Origin: Eledone cirrhosa
Lineage: Eukaryota
Assembly: GCA_964016885.1 (NCBI GenBank)
Contig: OZ024743.1
Span: 65,658,001-65,722,000, forward strand
Reading direction: 5' to 3'
Length of the DNA stretch: 64,000 nucleotides
The notes under the pieces are model-generated. The model had not been told where the DNA came from. It was given only the letters and a program-made list of their open reading frames with translations, and made no database searches. How positions within the stretch are numbered: the stretch's first letter is position 1; each line of letters opens with the position of its first letter. The position numbers were made by a program, and so were the translations under genes. Positions 1 through 11,480 of the stretch are shown here, one piece after another.

Positions 1-287
1 CTAAGAACTATATTACTTGTTACGTAATTTTATTCAATTCACACTTCACTTCCTTCATTGGTGTGGTATATCCTTTCTATTTCACACAAAAGGTGTCAAC
101 CTACAGAATTAACTTCCTACTATGTATGTATGTATGTATGTATGTATGTATGTATGTATGTATGTATGTATGTATGTATGTATGTATGCAAATATGTATG
201 TATGTATTTATGTTTTTTTTTTATTGCGCGGGGTCATAGAAATAGTCGCGCTGGATACCCGATCGCGCGGTTAAACCACTGGTAGTG

Positions 288-497
288 AAGGACCCCTAAC
301 CTTTGTCAGGGCATTCTTCTAGGAGAAGGCAACTCAGGAAACTGGGATAACTTGAACATAAAACCTGTGGCTCAGTAGTTACCGATGATGTTAATCTTTT
401 CTTCTTTTCGGGTTATGGCTACTTTCGCTCAGAGAGTGGGATTGGCTCAATGCACAGTCTTTCCTCACTTTGAAAAATCTTCATGCACAGGCATTGT
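288..497 (+). mobile_element. RTE-type retroelement 5' region fragment (diverged)
   Basis: Aligns by eye to 55445-55635 (GACCCCT.ACCTTTGTCA.GGCA..CTTCTAGGAGAAGG...GAGAGTGGGA.TGGCT...CACAGGCATTG). The matching RTE 3' end follows at 712-790, after a SINE insertion. Confidence 0.55.
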
Positions 498-506
498 ACG
501 ATAGCA

Positions 507-711
507 TTAATTAATAATTATTAATAATTGTTTCTACTTTTGGCACAAGGCCAGCAATTACCCGGTGCATTACTGGTACTTTATTTTATCGACCCCGTAA
601 GGATGAAAGGCAAAGTTAACCTCGGCGGGATTTGAACTCAGAATGGCAAGAGCCGTAACTCTATGCTAGAAAACATGGTGTTCGACCCTCTACCGATACT
701 GCCAATCCACC
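507..711 (-). mobile_element. tRNA-derived SINE, family A (Meta-domain-like core)
   Basis: Minus strand has a B-box-like GAGTTCAAATCC, the core GCCTTTCATCCTTACGGGGTCGATAAAATAAAGTACCAG and a (TTA)n-like tail. A near-identical copy lies at 16590-16730. Confidence 0.8.
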
Positions 712-790
712 GGTGGCCATACTCGATAACGAGGGGGCAGCCATCATGTATGTGTGTAAGTATGTATGTATTTATGTATGCATGTATTAT
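712..790 (+). mobile_element. RTE 3' terminus with (TATG)n tail
   Basis: GTGGCCATACTCGATAACGAG..GGCAGCCA followed by TATG repeats; same terminus as 42852-42884 and 55813-55857. Confidence 0.6.
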
Positions 791-800
791 GTAATTATAA

Positions 801-1575
801 TCTGTATATATATAAAATTAAGTATGTGTGTGTGTGTCTGTGTGTCTGTGTATTACCTATAGGGGCCTACATCTTACGACCGATTTTCATGTAACTTTAC
901 AGGCTGGTAGATTAGTAATCGGGGAGTGTTTTCTGTATATCAGCGTATCGTTTTTTTTTATTCTGGAGTCATTCTGAAGATAAAAATTGATAGGGGTCAC
1001 CTTTTTTTAGGTATCGAAAAATAAGATTTTTGGCTCTAGCTCCCACATTTTGCCACCGATTTCGTTCAAATTTTAAAGCAAAATAGAATTTATCATTGCA
1101 CATCCTGTAATGGCTTTATATTTTGCATTTGTTGTTCAGTGACGGCGTGGCAGCCGCTCAAATATTCAAAATATTCAAAATTTTCGGCTCTAGCTCCCAC
1201 ATTAATCAACCTACTTTGTTCAGATTTTACACTACGCTAGATCTGATTATTTCACGTCTTAAAGTGGCTTTACATTTTGGATTTTTTGTTCAGGAACGGC
1301 GTGGCAGCCGCTTAAATGTTCGAAAATACCACCCTTTCGCTCAAATTTCTGCCTTTTCGGCTCTAGCTCCCACATTTTTCAACCGATTTCGTTCAAATTC
1401 GAAACTCCCTCCCCCAGCATGCCCCTTCGTCAGTGATAGAAGTCATAACCACCCCCCCGCATGGCCCGTGTGCGGCCATAGATGAGTCATCGAGAAGCAG
1501 TCGCTAAGATCAACACCTTTTCATCAAAGCAGATATTATTTTACCTACCCAGGCAACGCTGGGTACTGCTGCTAG
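801..1575 (+). mobile_element. non-autonomous Helitron
   Basis: 5' TC following an A (a|TCTGTATATATATAAAA), subterminal hairpin TACCCAG-gcaacg-CTGGGTA (1546-1565), 3' CTAG followed by T, no TSD. Internal repeat GGCTCTAGCTCCCACATT occurs three times. Confidence 0.8.
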
Positions 1576-1899
1576 TTATTAATAAAACAGACTTACTGGA
1601 ACACACTCAGATACAGACAAACTTTACTAACTAACTAATCCTGTTTCTAATCCAGAATTAATCTTGTATTTCTTAAAAAAACCCAAAGTTTCTAGTTTTG
1701 AGTTCCATCTTCACCTTTGTTACGGCAATCTCAGAATTGTAAAATCGTTTTACTTTAAACCCCCCACATGTTGATTTAAATGAAATAAAATGTCCTTAGT
1801 ATGTATGTATATATTATTGATTTCTAATTCAAAGCCAATAATAATTTCTCATTGGGTGGCGGAAAGTGGAAAGAAAATCGATAAAAATTGATACTATTG

Positions 1900-1980
1900 C
1901 TTGACTGGTACTTCATTTTATAGATCCCTGAATGTATGAAAGGCAAAGTTGACTTCGGTGGGATTTGAACTCAGGATGTA
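1900..1980 (-). mobile_element. SINE family A fragment
   Basis: ACTGGTACTTCATTTTAT...GAAAGGCAAAGTTGAC...GATTTGAACTCAG. Confidence 0.65.
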
Positions 1981-2009
1981 AAATCTAAAGTTTAAAGTCT
2001 GTTTATATC

Positions 2010-2265
2010 CAGGAGGCTCGTCGAGTCATTGCTTATGCCAGTTTTAGTCGCGTGAAGTGACTGAGAGTACAAGACTGCCCCCTGGGTAGGACGACGTTCC
2101 ATCGCAGGGTTAAACACCTTGCGATTTCTGGTACTCATTTTCAGCTGAGTATACTGGGGCAACGTGGAATGGATTGTTTTGCTCATAACACAACACACAA
2201 CCTAGTCCAGGAATTGAACCCACGACATTATGATCATAAGTCCAACACCCTTACCACAAGGCCAT
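2010..2265 (-). mobile_element. tRNA-derived SINE, family B (CORE-like)
   Basis: Minus strand has a tRNA-like head with GGTTCAATTCC, then a CACGTTGCCCCAGTATACTCAGCTGAAAATGAG core shared with 2831-3175. Confidence 0.65.
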
Positions 2266-2297
2266 CCTTACCACAAATGCCAGATCAAATACAGCAA

Positions 2298-2490
2298 GGG
2301 CGGTGGATTGGCAGTCGGACACCATGCTTTGCAGCACAGAGTTATGGCCCTTTATGGTCTGAGTTTAAATCCCACCGAGGTTAACCTTGCCTTTCATCCT
2401 TATGAGGTCGATAAAATAAAGCACCAGTAACGTCGATTTAATCGACTTTCCTCTCCTCCCAAATTACTAGCCTTATGCCTATTCTAGAAA
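2298..2490 (+). mobile_element. SINE family A
   Basis: GGCGGTGGATTGGCAG head, GAGTTTAAATCCC B-box, GCCTTTCATCCTTATGAGGTCGATAAAATAAAG core. Confidence 0.75.
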
Positions 2491-2830
2491 TCATTATTTT
2501 AGTTTAAACCATAAGATGAACATACTTTAAATACCAAAGTGTAAAAGAAAACTCAACGCAATAATCCACACTGTCAGACAGCCACAATTAAAACATTAGT
2601 AGATCATAAGGGGTCCATGTTGCAACCAAATATCAAAATGCTCCCCTACAACAAGCAGTTGCAACAAAGTCATTAAAAGGTAGTTAGCTTTAAAATTAAG
2701 CTTTTTTTCGTGTTTAGGTAATTGGATAGTAATTAGATTTTTACAAAATAATACAGATTTTAAGAATATATAATTATGGTTTATTGAATGCAGCCTTATT
2801 ATATTACAAGTAACTTAATGTGGTCTTTGT

Positions 2831-3175
2831 GAAGGCGCATGGCTTAGTGGTTAGATCATTGGTCTTGCAATTGAGAGATTGTGAGTTCGATTCTCGAACC
2901 GGGTGATGCGTTGTGTCCTTGACCAAGATACTTGACCAAGATACTTCACGTTGCTCCAGTTTACTCAGCTGTAGAAATGAGTTGCGACGTCAATTATGCC
3001 AAGCTGTATGGCCATTGCCTTTCCCTTGGACAATATCGGTGGCGTGGAGAGGTGAGACTAGTATGCTTGGGTGACTACTGGTCTTCCACAAAACAAACCT
3101 TGCCCAGGCTTGTGCCTCGGAGGGAAACTTTCTAGGTGCAAAACCATGGTCATTAGTGACTGATTGTGACCAATG
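2831..3175 (+). mobile_element. tRNA-derived SINE, family B
   Basis: A-box TGGCTTAGTGG and B-box GAGTTCGATTC, then GTGTCCTTGA..AAGA.ACTT..CACGTTGCTCCAGT.TACTCAGCTG core. Local 13-bp duplication TGACCAAGATACT. Confidence 0.8.
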
Positions 3176-4029
3176 AATGTGACCTTTGAACACGAAAGTT
3201 TCCTCATCTCTGATTTAAACAAAAGTCCAGTAAAGAGAAGAAAGTCGATTATATTGACCCCAGAATGAAAGACAAAGTTGACATCTGTGGGTTTTGAACT
3301 CAGAACATAAAGGGCCGCAATTATGTGTGGAATTTCGTCAAAGGACCCATTCTTGATTTCGGATGGTAGACTTAGACTCTTTGTCTATTTTAAATACCAC
3401 TACCTACCTTGTTGGGGTCTCTAGTGGATTACACTCTATTGTAAGCATTTGTGCCGATAAAATAAAATACTAGTAACGCGCTGGGGTCAATTTAATCGAC
3501 TTTCCCACCCCCGAGAAATTGCTGGCCTTCTGCCTAAATCTGAAACCCTTATGAGAATAACTTTCTCTCTTCCACCGAATTGTCTCAGAGAACCCGGAAA
3601 AGGGTCATGAACGTTTCCCTTTGTCTGTCGACTAACTAATAAAACAAACAAGAAAACAAGAAAACAACAATCAAACAAATCAGAAGGAGCATCTATGTGG
3701 TGATTTGATCTGCTAAATATAGCAGCAAATCTCCTACAAACCATGGTTAACGTTTAAAACAATTAGGGACCGATTAAATGATGTAGTTCTCGAAAACAAA
3801 AACAAAAAATCAAACGATTTGTGGATCACGGGGTAAATATGATCGATTAACGCTGACCTGGTTCTGTAAATGGCACGTGTCTTCCTTTATATTTATATTC
3901 ATATGTTTATATTTATAGTTCAATTTTTTGGTGGTGGGGAGAGGGGATTTTCTAGATCTTATTTCTTGTTTGTGTATCTCGTGTTTAGTGAGAACCACGT
4001 GTTGTATCACGCGTCTGAGAGCCTGAGTG

Positions 4030-4220
4030 AAGAAGAGAAGGAAGGGGAAGAAGAAGAAAGACGGAGAAGAAAGAAGTATGAAGAAATAAATAATAAAAAG
4101 AGGAAAAAGTGAAGAAGAAGAAAGAAAAGAAAAAGAAGAAAAAGAAGAAAGGTGACGAAAAAAGTAGAAATATAGGAAGAAGAAGAAGAAAAAGAAAAAG
4201 AAGAAAAAGAAGAAGAAATA
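4030..4220. repeat. degenerate (GAA)n purine tract
   Basis: Direct reading. Confidence 0.9.
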
Positions 4221-4459
4221 CATTAAAAGCTCTCTACAACGACGACCAGTACTACAACAGCCGGGCAAATGTCAATGGACAACGGAGTTCACAATATAGA
4301 ACACGTGAATATAATCTCCCACTCCCACTCCAATATTTCCACAGTTTACCTGGCAGTTGTGGCGTGAGACCCAATACTAAACTGGTTTATATATATTTAT
4401 ATATCCAGTCTGGGGTTAAATATGCCCTATTAAACTAGTTTCTATAATCAAAAGTACGG

Positions 4460-4589
4460 TAAAAGCTTCGAATTCAATTTTCCAATTTCCCTCGTCCCCG
4501 TCTCTTCGAAACATTCACGTATATATATATATATACGTGAATGTTTCGAAGAGACGGGGACGAGGGAAATTTGAAAATTGAATTCGAAG

Positions 4590-4595
<6 letters not shown>
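4460..4595. repeat. 136-bp palindrome centred on (TA)n, probably a Penelope-like terminus
   Basis: Arms AAAAGCTTCGAATTC...GAAACATTCACG / CGTGAATGTTTC...GAATTCGAAGCTTTT, one mismatch seen. Confidence 0.85.
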
Positions 4596-4649
<54 letters not shown>

Positions 4650-4865
4650 AACACGTTTAGCTTGTTTCGTGTTTCCGGCTACGGTGGCTGATGGCTTCAC
4701 AACCACTATTTTCGTTTTATCTGGCCTTTATAACACATGTTAATTGCTCTGGATTCTTCTTAGTCCATTGAGCGCTTGCCGGCTTATCGAGGATTGCGTT
4801 TCGTTTAGTTTTGGCCGCCGCCGAAATACGATCTCGCTGAAATTATATTTGTATATATATATATA

Positions 4866-5130
4866 TATTGGTAAACGGAATAGAAAATGCTGACAAATTG
4901 GTCACAGTGAAACATAGTTTAATTAGGAATAAGTGTTAATTAGTAATAGTAGTGGTTAGTATTAAGTTTTGGTTTTAATTTTTACCTGTTGCGCATTTCT
5001 AATGCTTTTCAAAAATAATTTTGAGATAGAGCGTCCGTGATGTTTGCTCTAATCTGATTAGTTTTGGGAATTCTACCTGTTTTTATGTTTAAAAAGTGGC
5101 TCCAGCGGTATTAAAATAAGTTTTGCGCCA
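4866..5130 (-). mobile_element. Penelope-like pseudo-LTR, family P1
   Basis: Starts in (TA)n; homologous to 9701-10116 and 10782-11150. Confidence 0.6.
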
Positions 5131-5673
5131 ATTCGTGTTGCAAAAATTCTTGTGGTCAAAACAATTTTGATTGGTCGGTAGAGGTGATGTGAATGTAAAA
5201 AATTGATTTTGCGCCAAATGTAGGTTTGTGTCGGCTGACTGAGAGATAAGTCTTTCACAACAAATATGTGTGTGTGTGTGTAGTAGTAGTAGTAAAGAGG
5301 TTCGTTGTTGTGATAATGGTCAGCACGGATGTGTGTGCGAACCGAAGCCTGCTGACAGTTCAAATGCCTATTAAGACAAGTGTGTGTGTGTGTGTGTGTA
5401 TGTAGCAGAGTAATTCGTGGTAGAGGGATGGTCAGTAGGAATGTGTCTGTAAGTGTGTGGGGATATTTTAACATGTTAAAAGATATTTTTTCAGCTCTTG
5501 TCTTATACGGAGAAGTCCAGCTCCTGGTTGGGTTGTTATTTCTCTGAGGAACTGGAATCATATACCAACATATACTCAAAATGTATCTAGCTCCACCACG
5601 TGTTGAGCGCTTCACTTCGTCGAGTGCTCCAATCTGCATACTGAGGTGTCGGTAAACAACCAACATATACTCA

Positions 5674-5750
<77 letters not shown>

Positions 5751-5989
5751 CACATACACACATATATAAATATATAAATATATATTTATATATATATATT
5801 TTATATATATATTTTATTAAGGCTAAAATGTGAGTCTGGTTATTCTGGAGTTTCACCTGTTCATCACAGTGTCATGAGACATAATATATATATATATAAG
5901 AATGGAAGTCTGCACACACACACTTAAATATATATATATATAAGCAATAAGTTATTTAATTTGTTGATTATTCAACAAATTTAGTTTAT

Positions 5990-6275
5990 AACAGGTTAGG
6001 AGCAGCACTCAACAATATTTCTTCTGGAGTATAATATCAATAATATTAATAATATTAATAAATGGAAACTATATTTATAAAAGCATATTTATTTTATTAT
6101 ATATATTTCAAGGGTACCAACATTTTGATACGCTCTCATCAGATAAAATACAAAATTGTTTTACAAATATTGACATATTCTAACTAGAACTTAATGTTTT
6201 GAGTTCATTCAATGAAAGAAATAACGCGATTATATGTATAAATATATATATAACCGCGTTGTTTCTTTCATTGAG
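5990..6275 (-). mobile_element. Penelope-like pseudo-LTR, family P2
   Basis: Lies between (TA)n tracts, carries a hammerhead motif and a small palindrome at 6205-6275. A degenerate truncated copy lies at 13475-13575. Confidence 0.6.
6091..6149 (-). ncRNA. minimal type I hammerhead ribozyme motif
   Basis: Minus strand: AUUUUAU CUGAUGA GAGCGUAUCAA-aaug-UUGGUACCCUU GAAA UAUAUA UA/ AUAAAAU. 7-bp stem I, intact core, stem II, palindromic stem III, AUA site. Confidence 0.8.
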
Positions 6276-6489
6276 AGCAGAAACGTGAACCCTCGATCAC
6301 ACATATGGTAGGTTTGAACTCAAAACTTAATGTTGTAAAACACTCTCTGAGCTATTTAGTTCGCTTCGGTGCTATGTCGTATCATTGGCTTAATAATCTG
6401 AAATAGTTTTGGTTATTGCGTAATTTTTGACTCTCGGTTGAAATCTCTAAATATAAATGTCCCTAGGGGCACCAAATTGGTGAATGTCA

Positions 6490-6490
6490 A

Positions 6491-6553
<63 letters not shown>

Positions 6554-6608
6554 CATATACATATGCACATATATATACATATATATACACATATATATAT
6601 ATATATAT

Positions 6609-6667
<59 letters not shown>

Positions 6668-6834
6668 TATATATATGTATGTATACGTATATATATATAT
6701 TTAAGTGTGCGTGTATAATTATATTACTACACGGTGCAGACTTCCATTCTTATATTTTATTTCTACATCCAAATATATTTTTTATAGAAATACAACGCGA
6801 ACCACCGCCCATATCTTTGCTTCTCTCTCTCACT

Positions 6835-6865
<31 letters not shown>

Positions 6866-6866
6866 G

Positions 6867-6905
<39 letters not shown>

Positions 6906-7036
6906 ATATGTGTGTGTGTTTTTTTAGGCGTGTATGGGTGTGTGTGTGTGTATGTGTTGTCAGTCTGTAAATGTATATTTACACATGCACATAAAACTTG
7001 CGTACACAGATATTTTGATGTAACATGTGCTGCATA

Positions 7037-7071
<35 letters not shown>

Positions 7072-7072
7072 T

Positions 7073-7141
<69 letters not shown>

Positions 7142-7219
7142 TATATACATATATACACACACACATATATAAATATATATACATATATATATACACACAC
7201 ACACATATATATATATATG

Positions 7220-7279
<60 letters not shown>

Positions 7280-7280
7280 C
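6490..7280. repeat. (TA)n/(CA)n compound microsatellites
   Basis: Direct reading. Similar tracts recur across the window (e.g. 17750-18800, 42280-42660, 45380-45830, 46110-46580). Confidence 0.95.
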
Positions 7281-7593
7281 TAATATATTTTAAATTTATG
7301 TGCATTCTGCAGTTACATTTAGACCGAAATATATCATTGCTATCTTTAGACCCAGTTTTTGTAGGCGTAAGACATACAACGGAAGTTGAAAAGTGATATT
7401 GCGGCATTCATTTTTTTAGTGTGTGTTTGTATGTGTGTGAGGGCTCGTCTGATAAATGAAGTGAAATCACTACAACTAGGATTCTAAACAGAGATGTGTG
7501 AATCCCAGGAATGATCACATATAACAGAGTAAATACGGTTATATATTCAGAAATTGTTATTTTCTATATATATATGACAGAACATAAAAAATA

Positions 7594-7740
7594 TAATTGT
7601 TTCTACTTTTGGCACAAGGCCAGCAATTTCACCAGTGCATTACTGGTACTCTGTTTTGGCGGGATTTGAACTCAGACCGTAAAGCACCGTAATTCTAGGC
7701 TGCAAAGCATGGTGTCCAACTCTCTACTGATACTGCCAGT
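7594..7740 (-). mobile_element. SINE family A, internally deleted
   Basis: TTGTTTCTACTTTTGGCACAAGGCCAGCAATT...GGCGGGATTTGAACTCAG, same ends as 529-711. Confidence 0.75.
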
Positions 7741-8247
7741 AAGTTGTGACGTAGACGTCTTCTTCAAGGAACATTAACGTAAATGCTGTATAATGGCTGT
7801 CATCGTAGGAAGAAATCATCTGTGACCATTTTCTGGGTCCATGTTGGGAAGAGGGTTGAGGGAGAAGCTAGAACTTATGTAAATATTCAAACAGGATATC
7901 CGATCCGAATGTTTGCTACATAAGATCCTTTAAGACACCCATGGATCAGGTGGCGGTATTAAACCCTTTTCAGGAATCACGTTAGTAAGTTTAATTAAGA
8001 CACATATATATGATGTGACGGTGTTAAATACGACGAGGGATTAAGTCCCCCCCCCCCTCACAAGGGCATATAGATTTCACCTGACAGACATTCGCACAGC
8101 TTCCATGTCAACAGTTTCTCTCATTAGGTTTTGCTTGACGCGAGGTTATGTTAGAAGGCAGATACTCCTTCACACAACATCACAAATCTATTGCATTAGA
8201 CTTCAAGTAATCACACAGCAACCATGAAAAGTTCCAAGCGCAATCAC

Positions 8248-8599
8248 ATTCGGGTCCCAAGTAATAAGGGATGTTGGAATAAGAGGGGAATTGTTGGAAA
8301 ATTGGTAATATTTCTAGGTTGTCTTCGTTGATTATTTAAAAAACCAGAATTAGTCGTTTAGTTTACATATTGAGACCCCAATCCATCCTATTTATTTTAT
8401 AACGTATAGAATTCTAGTAATGTTTTTTTTTGTCATGTATAATTTTTTTTAATATATAAAACAAATTAATTGTCGCCGGAGATAGATTAGCAAAATTTAA
8501 TAATCTGGGGGAGGGGGTGGAATAGGAGCGGGGGATGGGAACAATGGGAAAAGTTAATAAGCGCGAGTGAGTGGGGTGGGATTATTCTAGACTCGAAAG
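8248..8599. mobile_element. MITE of the CTCTCGGGTC-TIR family (Tc1/mariner-like), diverged
   Basis: Body homologous to 51634-51986 (CAGAATTAGTCGTTTAG.TTACATATTGAGACCCCAA.CCATCCTAT); degenerate TIRs. Confidence 0.7.
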
Positions 8600-8878
8600 T
8601 ACATAAGATCTGATCACTTTTCTACGGTATTCGCCACTACATATACATTAACGCCATAGGAACGAACAAAGGAGTTTCTATGTAGTGGCTCTACTTGCTA
8701 GACATAGCAGTTAATATTCACCCCCCCCCCCCCCACAAAAATAGAGTTATGGATTGGCAGAACTGGTAGAGCGTCAGATAAAATGCCATTACAATATCTG
8801 TTTTAGTTTCTTCAATTCAGAGTTCAAATCCCACAAAAGCCAGCTTAGCCTTCCACCCTTCCGGGGACGATGAAATAA

Positions 8879-9217
8879 TGCATACATTATGCATGGCCCC
8901 GTAACTCCCGGTGGGGTGGGGTCGTAGGGGCACCGCATTGACATACAGTATTTCTAGGGAATTTAAAAACCTGACGGAACCCATCCCTCTCCAGGTCGGA
9001 ATACGGCAGATTTCTTCCAGAGAGGGGGAGAAAGAGAGTGACAGAAAGGAAGTGAGAAAGAGATATAGAGGAAGAATCAATACTTATTGTATAGACCTTG
9101 AATGGATGAACGGCAAAGTTGACCTCGGTGAGATTTGAACTGAGAGTAGAGATTGGAAACAAATAGCACAAAATATTCTATCCGACGCTCTAACGACTCT
9201 GCCAATTCGCCGCCTTG
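8879..9217 (-). mobile_element. SINE (family A head plus long 3' body) nested in another family A SINE
   Basis: Flanked by 11-bp TSD CGATGAAATAA (8868-8878, 9218-9228). The host SINE begins near 8750 on + and resumes at 9229. The 3' body resembles 52239-52400. Confidence 0.75.
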
Positions 9218-9570
9218 CGATGAAATAAAATACCAGTCAAATTTGCCTCCAAGTTGGAACAGCCAATTTCTGCCTGATAAATATTAATATAGATAGAAAA
9301 CACGAGAGAGAATTGAGAAAAAGATTGTAGAGGCTGAATCGACTCCAGTAAAAAAACCCCCCAAAACCCAGAAAAAAGCTCTTATGTATTGAAGGTCGCT
9401 GACTTAACAATCTTAGCTAATTTAATGTGACTAAGTTAATTTAATGTAACCACTCAAGGTTAAAGGCGGAATTCCGGTTGCCTATCGATCATATTTGAGA
9501 GAATTAGTTAAACTTCTCTTAGAGAAAGAAGAAAGCGGACAGGCATCAACGACGAATCAAACACATAGAA

Positions 9571-9618
<48 letters not shown>

Positions 9619-9629
9619 CATATATATAT

Positions 9630-9670
<41 letters not shown>

Positions 9671-9700
9671 AAAGAATAGAGGTGTAACACACAAGTTATT

Positions 9701-10110
9701 ATATATTGGTAAACGGAATAGAAAATGCTGACAAATTGTTCACAGTTGAAAAATGGTTTAATTAGGAATAAAAGAGTATTAGTGATTGTATGGGTTAGTA
9801 TTCAGTTGTGGTTTTAAGTTTTTAAGTTTTTACCGGTTGCGCATTTCTAAATGCTTTTCAAAAATAATTTTGAGATAGAGTGTCCGTGCTGTTTGCTCTG
9901 ATCTGTTTGCTCAGATCAGAGCAAACAGCACGGACACTCTATCTCAAAATTATTTTTGAAAAGCATTTAGAAATGCGCAACCGGTAAAAACTTAAAAACT
10001 TAAAACCACAACTGAATACTAACCCATACAATCACTAATACTCTTTTATTCCTAATTAAACCATTTTTCAACTGTGAACAATTTGTCAGCATTTTCTATT
10101 CCGTTTACCA

Positions 10111-10116
<6 letters not shown>
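9701..10116. repeat. perfect inverted repeat of Penelope-like pLTR P1 (205-bp arms, 6-nt loop)
   Basis: 9701-9905 is the reverse complement of 9912-10116; loop TTTGCT; embedded in (TA)n. Confidence 0.92.
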
Positions 10117-10141
<25 letters not shown>

Positions 10142-10166
10142 TTTTAATATATATATATATATTTTA

Positions 10167-10209
<43 letters not shown>

Positions 10210-10210
<1 letters not shown>

Positions 10211-10415
10211 CGAAGGAAATGTGGTAAGGAGCCAGGTGGACCATAACGCACCAAAGTACTCAATACTTAGGGTAGTAGAGTGGGTAATAGGAACGAGTAG
10301 GACCCCGACGGCTGAGCTCAAGCCGTTTCGACGGCTAATTCTGGACAGAATTTGAGTCCAGAATTAGCCGTCGAAATGGCTTGAGCTCAGCCGTCAGGGT
10401 CCTACTCGTTCCTAT
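10210..10415. mobile_element. Penelope-like palindromic terminus, family P4
   Basis: Inverted arms at 10287-10415; flanked by (TA)n; second copy at 45027-45213. Confidence 0.7.
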
Positions 10416-10429
10416 ATATATATATTAAA

Positions 10430-10511
<82 letters not shown>

Positions 10512-10677
10512 GGATTCGTGTGATTACTGTACGCACACACACACATATGTATAGATCTAACTGTCGAAACGGCAAGAACGGAGCTGTCGGGCCCCGACTC
10601 CTTAATATAGTCACACTCAAGTATCCCAAGTATCAATTGAATAATGCTCTAACTACTTTATTACTGGTTTAATCCTG

Positions 10678-10748
<71 letters not shown>

Positions 10749-10749
10749 A

Positions 10750-11146
10750 AAGAATAGAGGTGTAACACAGGAGTTGTGATATATTAGTAAAAGGAAAAGA
10801 AAATGCTGACAAATTGTTCCCATTGAAAAATAGTTTAATTAGGAATAAGTGGCGCGAAACTTATAGTACTAATTCACGTGACATTCAACAACCAACCACA
10901 TCTTAATACCTTTGGAGCCACTTTTTTCACATAAAACATGTAGAATTTCCAAAACTAATCAGATTAGAGCAAACATCACGGACGCTCTATCTCAAAATTA
11001 TTTTTGAAAAGCATTAGAAATGCGCAACCGGTAAACACTTAAAACTAAAACTGAATACTAACCAATACTTATTACTAATTTTTACTTATTCCTAATTAAA
11101 CCATTTTTCACTGGGAACAATTTGCCAGCATTTTCTTTTCCTTTTA

Positions 11147-11150
<4 letters not shown>
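10750..11150. mobile_element. Penelope-like pLTR P1 with short inverted 5' copy
   Basis: 10782-10850 is inverted relative to 11084-11150; the body matches the P1 copies. Confidence 0.65.
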
Positions 11151-11213
<63 letters not shown>

Positions 11214-11223
11214 GTATATATAT

Positions 11224-11267
<44 letters not shown>

Positions 11268-11380
11268 GTATTATATGTGTCTTAAAAATTTCGGTAGTAA
11301 AGGTAAAGGAGAGAAGAGTGCTCTATGTATTGTACAGAGCTATTTAATTATGTTGTTTATTTTGTAATTATATATATATA

Positions 11381-11480
<100 letters not shown>

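Noticed and set aside
2831-2905. tRNA gene (also 16980 and 43881)
   Set aside because: A/B boxes are present but run directly into SINE body; no intact cloverleaf or terminator.
5835-5882. Further hammerhead-like motif on the minus strand (CTCATGA...GAAAC)
   Set aside because: Core is mutated and stems I and III do not close convincingly.
6438-7407. YIYI/THTH/CVCV ORFs here and throughout, and poly-L, poly-V and GW-rich ORFs at 18.5-19.9, 60.7-62.8 and 63.4-63.9 kb
   Set aside because: Translations of simple repeats.
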